DNA from: Cetorhinus maximus
Lineage: Eukaryota
Assembly (NCBI RefSeq): GCF_964194155.1
Contig: NC_135883.1
Coordinates: forward strand, 147,312,001 to 147,376,000
Direction of reading: 5' to 3'
DNA: 64,000 nt
The translations under genes and the position numbers were made by a program. This document shows, piece by piece, positions 35,331-49,540 of the stretch (position 1 is the stretch's first letter; each line of letters starts with the position of its first letter). The notes below the pieces were generated by a model that saw nothing but the letters and a program-made list of their open reading frames with translations, did not search any database and was not told the origin of the DNA.

Positions 35331-36016
35331 ATACGGATCAGTGAATGTGACCAAATTACACATTTTATTGGCACTGTATTGAAAAATAAAAATAAACTGC
35401 AATTACTAGCCTGTGGTATTTGTATCTACTCCAGGCTTTGGATGTTTACAAGGGAACCACTTCTGCGATGAAGATCCAATTCTTCAGTGCAGCATTTTAG
35501 TTGCAAAGTGTTAACAAGTCATTTTCCAGGTTTTCTTGCACTTCTGTTGCACCAGCTTCACTGGCCATGCCTCCTTTCAGTCTCTGGTTTGTCTCTGTCG
35601 CAGTCCTGAATATCCAAATCCTTGGTTTGCAGAACTTGAAAGGATACCCAATATTATTCTTCTACAACCCCCAGCAACAAAGTACGGTTCGGCAATAAAA
35701 ACTACTGCAGCAATAACGTGGAATCTGAACTTGGAAAGGATAAAGTTCTTTCCCCATAATAGTTCAATGGGGAAATGCACTAATTGGTAATGCAGACCAG
35801 GAAGGTCCCAAATTAGATCTCTGGTCTATGCCAATTTAGCTAGTCTCAGCCATGAGATAGCAGCACTACAATAGCACTCAGTAGTCTAGACAGGAGGGAA
35901 ATGAATCAGCTGGGGTTACTGCACCTGTTATCAACGGTGCTTGCTGGAAAGGATTTCGGATAAGGACAGATTCAGATTTGTCTTTCCTCCATGGTTAAAT
36001 GCCTACTAACACTTAG

Positions 36017-36183
36017 AGGAAAACCTTAATCCTCCCATCGGGGAACTGATAGGATCAGGGGCAACATTGGGTTTACACACCATCTGATTTTACTCTTTAT
36101 TGAAGTTGGTGGGAGGGGTGTAGAACCGGCTTTCCACCGATCCTGTGGGATTCCTGCCTGGTGAATTAGATTAAAATTACCCA
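36017..36183. mobile_element. Degenerate MITE-like element
   Basis: Imperfect inverted ends (TAATC...ATAGGATC / GATCCTGT...GATTA AAATTACCC). Confidence 0.4.
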
Positions 36184-38889
36184 GTTAATTAGTGTCCTGG
36201 CTTCCACAAGGAGAATCAACGTTTGGGTGTGATACCAGAAGGGTTTCTCTATAACTAACTCCATAGCGCTCTGTCTGGAACAGGAGTATAAATTGATGTT
36301 GGTGGTTGGGGGCGCAGGGAGGGAAATCTGGGTTGGAATATGTTGGTTTGGAGAGCTTTGTACACTTATATGTACTTGGCTTCATAGCCTTAGGAAGTGA
36401 TGGCTTTGAGGTGCAGTTTATTTATATGGTCAGTGTGTGGTGGCCCAGCAGATTTGTGTGGCAATGTTTGTGCCACAGAGATGCAGTGTGTGGGCTCACA
36501 AACATGATTGCATAAATAACAGACATCCTAGTTTCTAATGTCAACAGATGGCTCTCACCAAAGGCCAAGCATAGGAAGAAAATGGTTCTGTATTTAACTT
36601 GCGTGCTATTATTGTTTGAGGGCAGGGAGCAAATCATTTGGCCACCATCTTGGCCATGGAATGGTGAGAAAGTACATTCTTTAAGAGGGGGCTAAAAAAT
36701 AGCAGCCAATTCAGATTGGATACAGCCAGCGGCATGAGCAGACAAGCGTGTTGATGTATTGCACCATTGAATGGTTAAGTTTAGGCTCTCAAAAGGATTC
36801 CCCCTTGTTGAGCTTCTAAAGTTAATGGGAAAGTCCTTCCTCATAAATCACAAAGGGTGTTTGGAAAGCGTAACTGCAGGTTCGATAGGCTGAAGTTAGC
36901 CTGCCAAGCCTGTAGATCAGGGAACGATTGTGTGGAGAGGATAAGTTTTAAAAATGATAAATGATTGAGGGAAACTACTTTTTAAAGAAAATATATAATG
37001 CACTCCAGATCTGACCACATCTTAAATTACATATCTAAGCTGAAGGACTTGTTAATGCCTTTGGCATAAAGATAAGATTTCTTTGAAAATTTGGATTTTG
37101 CAGGAAGGGAATGACTGCATTATCACAATAATCTCGACCGTTAATCAGTTTTACTCGTTTAGCCCTTAGGATAGCCCATGAGTGAGTGAGCCTTGAAACA
37201 GCCTGAGAGAAGAAAGACCCAAAGTGGGGAAGGCATGGAAACCTCAGCTTAGTTTTGGAGTAACCGTAACAAAACTTTGTAAAGCCAAGTTAAACCATAC
37301 TTACCTTCCTCCTTAGACATATTTGTAAGTGGAACTGCCAACATTTTCACAACAACCTTGAAAGACTGAGCTAAAACATATTGGTCATTCACGTTTTAAT
37401 ATATGTTGCATACATGCACAGCAGATTTGGATTTCTAAATGTCATCAAAAAGCATTTGGCAGTTCATTAATTGTTGCATATTTCATGCAACCTTTTCATT
37501 GTCAAACAATCAACAAACACTTCCATCAGATTTTCAAATAATGTCTGTTTTTTTTTAAATATGCATAGCCCCACCAAAGCTGCATTATGAAGGTTTACCC
37601 TGCAGCACTTTATGTATTCTGTAGCATTTCAGATGCTGGATACTCCAAAAACTGAGCCTTCTGCAAAAGCTTTTCAAAAGGGACACCATGTATCTTTAAG
37701 GACAGATGCCCAATTAGAATTACCTTTCTGTGTTACCTGTGGCAATTATTGGTGTTGCACAGTAAGGTGGATAATATGCAGTTCCAGTGGTGCTCGTTTA
37801 CAAACCTTTATCTGTTGCATGTATATGCATTGTGCTTAAAATAAAACACATTTGTTTTAATTTGGTCCTGACAATGAAGATCCCATTTTCAAATTAGGAT
37901 TTATATATGAAGATTTTTTTTAAAATCTGAAGCTGTGTTCTGTTTACTTTCTTGTTCTAACATTTTTTTTGTAAATTTTGCTGACTTTTGGATGGCAGCT
38001 AAATGTAATATTTTGCAATATTGGTTTCCAAAGGCCCTCTGATCAGCATCTGTGGAGCCCTCATTTGGCATCTGTTTGATGCAGGCAGAAACAGTGAGTG
38101 AGGCCAGGAGTAGAAAATGAGGGGAGGATCGAACAGACGTATATATGAGAATTGGAAAAGATCAAAGTCAGCTAGCAGAAGTAGTTAAAAATTGTTGGTA
38201 ATGTAAGGGGTTAGTGGGTGAATATATGAAAAGTTAATATACTGTGCCATCTCAAAGTCAGATTCATGATTCCCTGCTGATTATTGGCATCCCTTTAATA
38301 AGTGCAATGCTTGAGCATCACTGGCAGTAGGATGTAGATTAATGTTGATTAAGTCCCCTCAAGTAGCTATGGGGTGATGTAGAGCAGAGGTCAAAATCTT
38401 CTACAAGGACGGACAGCTGTACATAACTGCTGTTACAGACCTCCAAGGGAATGATCTTGGAGGAGCGGAGGCCTAGGATGAGGTAGTTGTTTTAAGTTGT
38501 TGTAACACAGAGGGGGGAAGCCCCATAAGGGGAGCAAATGTCTTAAAAACTGAATGTTATCTTTAATGAAGAACATCTTTCATTTTAAAGGAGCACTTCA
38601 GGCTTGAGGCAGTTAGTCAGTTGGTAAAATTTATGAGTACTATTAGGTGTCCTATATTGAAACTCATGGTGAACTAGATAATACAGCTGTTTTGGAATAT
38701 CAGGAGCATTAAATATAAAACACACAATGTATTAGATTGCTGCTAAGGTGGCAACATGTTCTAAGTGGCCAGTCATTTTAAGGGTACAAAGTCCAATTGC
38801 AAAAAGTAAACAGAGGATGAGGTTAGTCAGAGTTTAATTGCTATTTGGTGATGCAAGTTTGCAGATTAGAACATACTTGTAAAGTTCTG

Positions 38890-39029
38890 AAACAAAAATA
38901 AAAATACCTGGAAAAACTCAGCAGGTCTGGCAGCATCTGCGGAGAGGAACACACAGTTCACGTTTCGAGTCCGTATGAATCTTCAACAGAACTAAGTAAA
39001 AATAGAAAAGAGGTGAAATATAAGCTGGA
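38890..39029 (-). mobile_element. Solo Penelope terminal repeat with 9-bp TSD
   Basis: Reverse complement of ~9503-9640; AAAGTTCTG at 38881-38889 and 39030-39038. Confidence 0.8.
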
Positions 39030-41549
39030 AAAGTTCTGGCTTCGTGTCAGAAAACAATGTGAACTAATCACTTTTTTGAGATACCTTTTTCACTGAATCA
39101 GAATCGGGCAGTTGAGAAGGGGCCATTGGGCCTATCGTATCTTTGAAAGAGCTATCCAATTAGTCCCATTGTCCTGAAAATCTTTCACCTTTTAGTATTT
39201 ATCCAATTCAAAGTTACTACCGAATCTGCTTCCGCCATCCTTTTGGGCATGCATTCGAGATTATACCAATTTGTGGTGAATGTTCTAAAGACATTTATGT
39301 AGGTAACGTGAAGTTTCTTAAGGTTCTCAGGTGCTTCATGAGTTAAGTACAAGTTTAGCACAATGGGTAAAATACTATATTTAAAATTGGAAAATTACAT
39401 TTTGCTAGATTAGCGCAGGTTATAATCTCATGAATTAAAATTTGCCATATTTAAATCCTGAATCCTCCACTTCCAGAACAAATTCATAACATAGAGTAAG
39501 CAATGCTTGGACTTGTTGTTCTTGGTCAATTTTCTCCATCCTTTCTCAAAAGATTGGATGTCCTCCAATTCATGTTTGAGCTTTGCCAGTGAATGTCAGT
39601 TGGGATTTGACTGCACGGGACATCAGAGCTGAGCCTGACACACACTCAGACGTAGGAGGGCTAGGAATCTTGGCCAGCTTCCCACTCCCTAACTCCCTGA
39701 TGCCTATTGTAGTGCCCCTGGAGCTGCCTCTGGTATAGATCAGCTAAGACAGCACAGACAGAAGATTGAATCTGGAACCTCAAGCTGTTGGATTGCGTGA
39801 GGTTTCTGCTAAACTAATGCCTTGTAAACTTTAATAACAATTTTGTCCCCTGCTCTACAAAGTGCGAATTTACCTGATGAATTGTGTGAGGCATAGGCTT
39901 AATGTAATCTGCTTCTATATTGCTGTGTGAGGGGAGGACAGAGGAGCCTCTGTTCTTGTTGCCACCTTTGTGATCAATCGAGCATAAGCAATCTGTCTCT
40001 CTCAAATTTGTCTTGTCAAATTAATTTTGCACAACACTGCTGGCAGCTTCAAGTTGTATGAAATATTCTCTGATTCTCAGCAATTATGGGCAGCATATTT
40101 TTGGCATAAGATAAAGCAAATTGGAGAAACAGATGCTGTAGTGATCAATAGAGAATGGTGGATGTTTTGAAGGGAATTACAAAGCTGAAAATTGACTTGA
40201 GTCATTGATGATGTCCCAAACCACAACAGTACACCTCAGTCAGTCAGTGGTGGCATAGAGATTCTGTAGTTTATGCTACTGCTTTGTCTTGGATTTTTAC
40301 AGTTACAGATAGAAGTGACATGGTAGGGTCCTAGAAGTTTGCCCTGTTGGCGGAGGCCATTTGGTCCATTCTGTATGCTGCTTTCTAGAGCAACCCCACT
40401 GCCCCAAGTGTTCCTCGAAGCCCTGTATCTTCCTCCGCTTCACTTTTCAGTTGAAAATGTAATGTTTTTGTCTCAATCACTGCTGCTGCAAAGCATTCTA
40501 TTCCCTGCGCAAAGAAATATTTCTCTTAAGTTCTGTCATCAGTCACTGTGACGATTTTTCTTCATCACTGGTCCCCAACTAGAGAAAGCAGTCTTTCCCT
40601 AATTACCCGATCAAAAACCTTAGGCTTCAAACTTCTCTTCACCTTCTCTTGCCATCTGAAGTCTCTCCTCATAATTATAAATTCCCATCCCTGGCACATC
40701 TACAAAATGTCTTCTCTATGGGTTTAATGTCCTTTTAATAATGGGTATCCAAATGGGTATTTTGTGACCCAACAATACCTTGTACAGCTTTCTCAAAACT
40801 AGACCTTTTTTGGTTTAATCTTTCTACCAGGATTTATGTAATTGAACTAAATATTCCAGTTGCTCCATTGGGTGTGTACTACCATATTTCTGTTTGCTTC
40901 CCAAAATATATTCATACTTTTCGCGTTAAATTGTCTGCCCTTTCTGCTGTGCTCCTGAACAGCCTAACTGTTTGCCAGATCCTTTACTGTTGTTTCAGCA
41001 GCAAGTTTTGATTTTTTTGTTCCCTATGTGTAAGTCCAAATCAACTAATATACAAACCTAATACTCACTTCTGGGGTTGATGAATAGAATTTGATAAGTA
41101 CAAATCGGCAACTGAATTGGAAAAGAGGTCTAAGAAACTCGCTGACCGGAGCCACTTGGTGATATAGGGCTGGCATGTGCATTGTGACATAGCAAAGCTA
41201 AAGGGAAATGTTGGTAGAAAAGTGAGACCAAAAATTGTGACAAAACAAACTAATGTTTATGACCAGGAAGTGCATACAATCATGGTTTTTACTTGACCGA
41301 AAAGTTAGCTATTGATTGTTGGTAAAATTCAAGCATTCATTAAAATGTGCTGTAAAAATTACTTTCTAAGTTTCATAAGGGAAATTAGCATTTCTGAAGC
41401 GTACAGTGGGGATGGGGTAAAGAGGTAATAATAACTACATTCTGAACCTTCCTCTTAAAGGGGAATGCCATTCCAGCAGGAGGTGGAAAACTTTCAATCT
41501 GAGGTACACCTTCAGATAGGTTTGGATTTCTCCTAAATGCACATGCTTC

Positions 41550-42030
41550 ATTTTTAAAAAATTCGTTCATGGGATGTGGACGTTGCTGGCTAGATTTATT
41601 GCTCATCCCTAATTGCCCTTGAACTGAGTGGCTTGCTGGGTCATTTCAGAGTCAATCACATTGCTGTGGGCCTGGAGTCAAATGTAAGCCAGACCAAGTA
41701 AGGATGGCAGATTTCCTTCCCTAAAGAACGGTTCACATCGCTCATCTTTCCAGCCCAAAAACAGTCTAGGTCAGGAGTTGAACCTAACCCGCAAATTCAC
41801 TTTGGCTTTGATTTTAGCACTGAGAATGGCATCCAGGAAGAGCCAAGTGAACTGATGGAGTTTTTACAACAATTGACAATGGTTTCATGGTCACCATTAG
41901 TCTTTTAATTCCAGATTTTTTTATTGAATTCAAATTTCACCATTTGCCGTGGTGGGATTCGAACCTGCGTCCCCAGACCGTTACCCTGGGTATCCGGAAT
42001 ACTAGTCTGGTGACAATACCACTACGCCAC
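41550..42030 (-). mobile_element. tRNA-derived SINE (HE1-like) sharing the LINE 3' tail, interrupted at 41731-41849
   Basis: On the minus strand: A box TGGCGTAGTGG, B box GGTTCGAATCC, and tail AGGGCAATTAGGGATG...CCAGCAACGTCCACATCCCATGAA. Confidence 0.8.
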
Positions 42031-42849
42031 CTTAGGTATGAAAACAGTCCACTGAGGTCTGGTTCCTGCAATAACTAACAAGCAGGGAATAATACTGAAT
42101 TTTTCAGATTACAGAGTTATGCTTGTCTACTTCAGTTGGCTATCGGTGGCCTAAGTGAGATCAGCACACTTGGCTCATCCTGGATGCCATTCTCAGTGCT
42201 GAAATCTAAGCCAAAGTGAACTTGCTGGTTAGGTTCAACTCCTGACCTAGACTGTTTTGGGGCTGGAAAGATGAATGATATGAACTTAGTTTTCTTTTAA
42301 GTCTTCAGTTTTGAGGGGGGGCGGGGTAGGTGGTGATAACATATTTTAAATGACTATCCTTTGTACTACCTCCTCCACTGCACATAATCTGCTGCATGAA
42401 ACAATTCTAATACGTAATAAAAAACAAAAAATGTTAGCAACACTCAGCAGATCAGATGAGCACCTGTGGCTAGGTGATCCACCTGCTGAGTGTTTCCCAA
42501 AATTTAGTGTTACGATTTCAGATTTTCACATCAGTATTTTTGCTTTTTAATTGTAATAGGCAATTTAGCTTTTTATTGCGTTTTCAGATATTACTTGCAT
42601 GTTACTTCCTGCTTTGATATCTGAAGCCAACAACATAAGGAAGCTTCAGAGGATGCCTGTGTTTTCTAAACAGAGTTCGAAGTTTTTTGATGTGGCCTTG
42701 GGGTTTTTTCTCCCCACACCCCCTCGGAGTCAAAATGATAAGATGACTAATGTTTGTTGATGTTCCTTATATTACAATTCCCTTTTTGTTGTTGTGCGTG
42801 TTTGAGATTTACAGTTAGACATGTTATTTTGTAGAGGACCCGTGTACCG

Positions 42850-43215
42850 GGAAATCTGTTATTACATCCCACCCTGGCAATTTGAGAATTTGAATTCAGT
42901 TGAAAATTTCTGGGAAGCAAAAAAAGTTTATGCCAGTAAAAGCAACCTCGAAGCTGCCAATAGTTGCTTTCAAAAAAAAAAAACCTGACCATTTCACTCA
43001 CGGTCTTTATGGAAAGAATGTCATTACCCAGTCAGGCCTATATGTGATTCTAATCCCACATCAGCTTGGTTAACTCTTAACTGCCCACCTAGCAAGCCAC
43101 TCAGTTGCATAAAAACACTATCAGTGGTTAAACACGAAGGCTAAGCACCAACTTCTCAGTGCCTCCAGGGATGGACAATGTATACCGGCATTACCAGCCC
43201 CTATGTCCCATGAAA
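42850..43215 (+). mobile_element. Degenerate copy of the same SINE
   Basis: TTTGAATTCAG...GCCTATATGTGATTC...TAGCAAGCCACTCAGTT...GGGATGGACAAT. Confidence 0.6.
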
Positions 43216-45449
43216 TTTTTTTTTTAAGTCATCGTTTTGCACCGAATAATATTGGCTGTTTAATTTGCGCTGTTTTGTTTTTAAAAATGGAAGTGTGACC
43301 TATCAGTAAGTTCCAACGGAAGGCCCGTCGCTGGCCTCGCCACTGCCTGATTGGTTTGTGGTTTGGCAGATCTCTCAATGCGAGACCCCAATGCCTCAAC
43401 AAGATTCCACCCTGTATGTTTATTTGAAAAGAACATGACATTTCAAGGTACAGCCATACTGGATGAGGGGGGAGGGGAAGGGTGACAAGAGGAGAGTAGA
43501 TCTAAAATCGATACAAAATGCTTTGTTGAAGGAGGGTAGGTAAACATCCAATTTGTTTCCCTTTGGTCAAGTGGTTCTAACTCTTCACAGGATGCTTCAC
43601 CTGATGCGATGAGTCTGTCATGGTGCTCATTGATCTGGCAGGATTAAATACTGCAGAACCAAGGAGGCAATACTTTGAATAGCTAAATGAACTTGCATTT
43701 ACAAAGCACTTTCTTAGTGCTTTAAAAAAAAAACTTGAAGCATTTTATGTAAAATGAATTACTTTGTGCAGTGACTTCTGTAAGAAAATGTAGGGGATAG
43801 TGTGCACTTAGCATGTTCCCACAAACCATGAGAGGACCAGTTTAGTGATGTTGGCTTAGAGAGAAATGTTGTCCTGCTCATGGAACTACTTCCTTGATCT
43901 ACATATCACGCCACCGATAGTTGTTCACCTGTTAGAGTACGCAACATTAAGGTTGCATCCAGCTGAATGGTGAAGTTCTCAGCATGCAGCATACCTTCAG
44001 TATTGGACTGGAGTGTTAGCATGCATGGCCCTTTAACAGGATACAAGCTGTGGCAGGTTTCCTCTGGTCTAACATTAACATCATCAGTTAAATATTAATG
44101 GGTCCAGCATTTGATCCAAACAAAAGCTGCTGACATTGATGACTTCAATTTTTAAATTTTCATGAACTATTTTGTATTTGAAATCTGTAATTTTATATCA
44201 TAATTTTACTCCAGACGAAGTAATGATACATTAGGGGAAATAATTACAGATACATACGGGGGCACGGAAAAGGCAAAGAATGGACTTAGTTCACTGTGGA
44301 TGTAAATGGCTGAAAGGTTTAACCTTCATGGATTGGAACAATGAGAGTTGTTTATTTTAATTACATGTGTATGTTAAAGTGGGCCTGGGAAGACATCATG
44401 TCTCCACCGGCAGGACATGTCTCCCTTGGACATGTGTCAACACATTACCCATATATAAATGAAAGAAATCCTGCCTTTTTTTAAAAGGAAAATTAAATTA
44501 AATTCCCTCCTCTTAATACTCAGCAGAAATTGTAGCTATTACCTTATATGCCTGCTGGGAGAGTCTGCCTTATCCATAAAATTGCCCAGGTTTAATAACC
44601 ACTTTGATTTAATAGGATCCGCCTTGACACAAACATTATAACCTGTATCTTCTACTGTTATTCTGTGAATGAGTCACTTAGATTCCCCCATTTTTGGCCT
44701 CGGGGCATTGTCGGTACTGAGACTAGTTATTCTGATCTATATTGTATGAGATGTACGTTACCAGTAGCTACATAGCTGAAGGCTATGTTAAGTGGTGTTT
44801 GCCTAATTTAAGATTGATTTTAAACTTGAGCCAAACTCTCAACTTGTCCAATCCTGATTAGCAAGAAGCTGCCAAACTAACTTGGTGTTTTTGTCGCGCT
44901 AGAGTGTGCATTTCCTTGTAAATTAACATACGTGTTCCAAATCTCTTGTTGCATCTGTAGCTACATAAGCTATTGAAAAGTCTTTTGTCTCTCTTTCACT
45001 CAGCACCATACACGACAAACTGTGAAGACCAGGACTTGCAAATTAGCTGACTGGTATAATCACCTCAGTCACATTAATAATAACTGTGTGCTATGACTGT
45101 TCTTTGCAGTTCCAGTCAGATACAGGAGATGGAGGAGGTAAGGAAATCAGCCAATATTCCTGATCCTGCTTACTATATCCAATGAGCCCTGCTGGAAAAG
45201 TGCAGGTGTTTGGATGTCAAGTGGGAACAGGATTGGCTCCTGCCACCTCTCCTGACCATTATTTACTCTGTGCTAACAAGAGCCATTTATGTTGTAAAAT
45301 GCAGCCAGGATGCCTTGTGCTGAATTATATTTTGTGAGGTGACTAGGAAAGAAAATGAACATCAAAAATAAATTTTTAAAAATAAATCAAGAATAAAAAG
45401 AGCATGAGGATTTATAGAAGCAGAAAAAGGTCATTAGGCCTAAACTAGC

Positions 45450-46060
45450 CCATTTTCCCGGTGGGACCCACTCGCCGACGCATAAAATGACGCGCGGTGA
45501 CGTTGGGCGGAACTCCCGACATCACCGCGCCCCATTTAAATTTTCCGGTAGGCGGGGGTGCAGCAAAATCAGCTGCGCGCCCACAGACCTGTTAATGGCC
45601 AATTGAGGCCATTGACAGAGTAATTAAACTAATTAATGGACCTGCCCGTCCAACCTTAAGGTTGGTGGGCAGGCCAGGAGCCCCCGGCGGGAATTAGAAA
45701 AAGAATGAGACCTCATCCGTGGGCGGGATGAGGTTTCATGTAGGTTTTTAAAAATTTTAATAAAGCTTTTGTTAAAATTATGGACATGTCCCAACTCATG
45801 ACAGTGTCACATGAGGGGACATGTCAGGAATTTATTTTTCTCTCTATTTTTAATTTCTGTCACAGAACAGCCGATCTCCCTAAGGCCCCCCCCCACCCGC
45901 CTGCACAGGCCCGCCCGCATAGCGCTTCTGTGTGGATGTCGCGTTGAAGGCCCGCCCATATAAAATGGTGCCGCACCCCCATTTGGGGGCGCCGATCAGA
46001 AGCACGCCTCTGTGCACCCGCCCTTCAACTTCGCCCCCGACGGGGAGAAAATCCTGCCCC
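45450..46060. mobile_element. Young GC-rich non-autonomous DNA transposon (GGGC-GGATTTT type ends, possibly PIF/Harbinger-like)
   Basis: Retains CpGs, ends in GAAAATCCTGCCCC, has internal palindromes (ATGGCCAATTGAGGCCAT; ACATGTCCC...GGGGACATGT) and is homologous to 1927-2052. Confidence 0.7.
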
Positions 46061-48994
46061 ATGATTAAATTCAGACTTGTATAACTTTGTTAAAATTAAT
46101 TTGGTGAGCGCATTAATTATCTATTTGTAATTTATTGAACAAAATTGATGTATCATCATTAGTCAACATGCCTGAGCCAAACTGTGTGGGCATGGTAGAT
46201 GTTTAGTTTTGGTTATTTAGTCCCTTTTTAACCCAAAGGACAGCAACATATTTTCAGTGGAATTAGAATTTTTGTTTGCATAAATGGTAACTACCTAGAT
46301 ACTACCTGATATAGAAAAAGTAATAACCAATCAGGAAACTGCACTTGTTTTACAATACTTTAATGCAGCTAAAACATTTTGATAATTTCAGTAACTCGCC
46401 AGCATATTTTATTCAACTGGGACAAGTGTAATCCAGCCTCAAATTGTGAGACATATCCGTAAATATAAACATTTAGTAGTCTGGCTGAGACCCAGAATTC
46501 CTGATACAGCCACCCCACTCCTCGTTTCTGGAATGGTGTACATTAATCATCTGAACAGATGTTTAATGCTTGTAAACATAAACCAATACTGGTGGCTGAC
46601 GCAGATAAAACAAAAGTTTATTATTGAGTAATTGGCATGTTCTAATGATAGAATGGTTTATTTTCTGTTTGGTGCTGTTCTATCCTTTGATTATCTTCTT
46701 CTCTGTATCTTGTCCTTCTTCAGCTGGGAGGAGGAGGCAGTCTTGAGATGCAGACTTTTCCATTGCTGCAGTCAGTGGCTGATGGAGTTGTGCCTAAGCA
46801 GGATGAGATTAATCTACCGAACAGTAATGTTTCCCATATTCTTTGCTGTCTTTCCTCCATTTTGGGGTAAGACAACCTTTTCCTGAACCAAGGCATCACA
46901 GTTAGCCTGCGAGTACTGTGTAGTTAAATTGAAACATTGACTTCCATCCTTTGCATATCTCTAGTAAAACGATAGTAAAGGTTTGACTTACTGTTATAAC
47001 ATCCTCCTCGGGGCTTGTTGCCTGGTTCCAGACTTCTGTTGGAACATTATATAAACTGTTCTAGTCGTGACAGGAGTGAATTCGGTAGCTTTGTAATTTT
47101 GATGGCTTAGGTTTACATTTATATCTGGCCTTATCACACTTCTGTGTATATTTCATTTGCAATCTGTCACCTTGTCGTCATTTTCATTCCTGAGAAAGTG
47201 AATAAATCTGTAATCAAAATATCTCTTAAAACTGAGCCATGTGCCTGGAAGGCATAATTTCTGGCACCTTAAGCAGAGATTCATTAATATACAGACTAAA
47301 AAGGTTTAAAATAGTTAATTAAAAACACAATTTTAATGCTTTTTCAAAAAAAAACTAACGATTGCTCGTAGATTGGGTTGGTTGCAATTGTGAAGCTAAG
47401 AGATGCATATGTTTTAACTGAGAAATACGGAGATTGAGGGATGAAATTCAACTTTTAATTGATAATTACGAGAATGTCTAGAGTTCCTTGTAATTAGTGG
47501 GTCAGTTGGGAAACCATATTCTCAGAAATCACAAGTCTCAAAGACTGGTAAACTCCTGTGATCTTATTTGTGGATTGTCAATTGCAGAAGCAATTGTTTG
47601 CCTCTAGGTGGGTGGGTGGTGAAGGAGTGATTAGCTTACCCACTAAAATGCATGGATTTGTGTCAAATGTCAGTCTGAATAATAAACCACTGTTGAGAGT
47701 AGCAGTTCACGGTCAAGGATACACATACTTCCTAAACGCTTGTTTCCCAGGATTGACAGAGCCCTTCCAACAATACATGGCTTTGCTTCTGTCACTATGC
47801 CACCAGTCTATTGTTGAAAGTGGACAAGAATGAAACATCTGAGAGCTAAAACTTTTACTTTACTAGAAAACCTTCCTTTCTTCTCTGATGAATGAGAATT
47901 CATTTGCTTGTTTCACTCATTTCCTGTTTGTCCCATTCAGTGTTAAAACGTGCGTTTATTTCCATGAATACCAAATTAGGCCTGTCAACAACAACAACAG
48001 CTAGACTGACTTTACTACAGGTTCTTATAATGTATGCAGGTTAACTGCATTCAGCAAATTGGTTATATTACAAACTACTTCAATCCCTCTAAACTGTGTT
48101 TATATTGGGGTTTAGTGGTGGGGAGAAGATAGTACCACTGACTGCCACTGTGTTGGACTTGGGCAGTGGCAGCAACCCCGAAGTAAATTTACCAGATTCA
48201 CCACAGCCGGCCCAAAAAAGTCTCTTATCTTTAAACTGAGTCTTCCTGGCAGCCAGCCTTGAAGTTGTTGCTGGAAATGAAAAACCTGTAGGTTATGTCA
48301 TCAAGAACACCCTTTCAAGCCCTCATATTTTAAACAAAAGCAACTTAGGGTAGTACTTTGGAATAGCAGGTTGGCCTTTGCACAGGGCCACATCTTTATT
48401 GATCTTCTTGTCTCATGACGAGGTGGAGGGTTACTGTTAGGCATAGATTCTTCCTGCCTCTGAGTGGCAGGGACCTAGAAATAAATTATCCAATCAGCCC
48501 TGGGACAGATCTAGAGGAAATAATACAAAACTGCAGAAAGCAATTGAAAAAATGGTTGCTCAAGGACAGCGGAAGAATAAAAAGAGGAAATTCAAACTGT
48601 TTTCCCCACAGTGGCTGTGAATGATAATATACTAACGACTTTAGTATACTTAAGTATACTAGGCCTTCTTTTAGATTTTAATTTTAAGATTAGCAGATTG
48701 TAGTCTGCAGTTCTGTATATTCTCTCCCGTTCCCCACCCCACAAATCAGCTTCCAGAATTGTTGAGAGTTTTATATGGGAGGAATTATTCCTAGCTCATT
48801 GCCAATGGAACATTGACACTTTTGAAGATAAGAATGACCTGCTGCAGGCACTGAAAACAAATCAGGAACTGAAACATCTAACAAAAGGGATCTCTTGTTT
48901 TAAGGTAACAGGGAAAGTGGGAACTGTCAGGAGGGGCATAAGGACCGTGAATTTACCTACACAAATAGTCTGTAACACAAAAGGTAAAAAGGCC

Positions 48995-49540
48995 TTCGCT
49001 GGAGTATTCTGCCCAATCCTGGGCATCACACTTCAGAAAGGATATCAAGTCCATTCAGAGGGTTTATAGAGAAATTGCTAGAATGATACCAGGGACAGGA
49101 ATTTGGTTATGATGATAGACTAGAGCAGCAGGGGTTATTCTCCTTAGAGCAGAGAAGGTTAAGAGGTCATTTGATAAAGGTACTCAAAATTATGAGACTT
49201 TTTATGAAGTAGGTGAGGACAACTGTTTCCATTGGCAGTAGGGTTGGTAACCAGAGGACACAGATTCAAGATAATTGGCAAAACAGCCAGAGAGTGATGA
49301 GCAAAATTGTTTTACTCAACCTATTGCTATGATCTGTAATGCATGACTGAAAAGAGAAGCGGAAGCAGATTCAATATTAACTTTCAAAAGGAAATTAGGT
49401 ATGTACTTCAAAAGGAAAAAAATATATAGGGCTATGGGAAAGGAGCTGGAGAGTGGGACTAATTGGTAGTTTCAGTGTGCCAGCAAAGACATGCTGGGCT
49501 GAATGGCCTCATTCTATTCTGTCTGGTTCTGTGATTCTAA
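48995..49540 (+). mobile_element. CR1 LINE 3' end
   Basis: CTGGAGTATT...AGAAAGGATAT...GGGCTGAATGGCCTC...TTCTGTGATTCT. Confidence 0.75.

Noticed and set aside
41940-42030. tRNA gene suggested by A and B boxes
   Set aside because: It is the head of a tRNA-derived SINE that continues into a LINE-type tail; no full cloverleaf is visible.
45110-45137. 28-nt AG/GTAAGG-bounded segment in intron 3
   Set aside because: Short, adjoins an old SINE-like repeat and has a weak tract; likely a pseudo-exon.
45450-46060. Intronic CpG island or promoter
   Set aside because: It is a young MITE with a second copy at 1927-2052.
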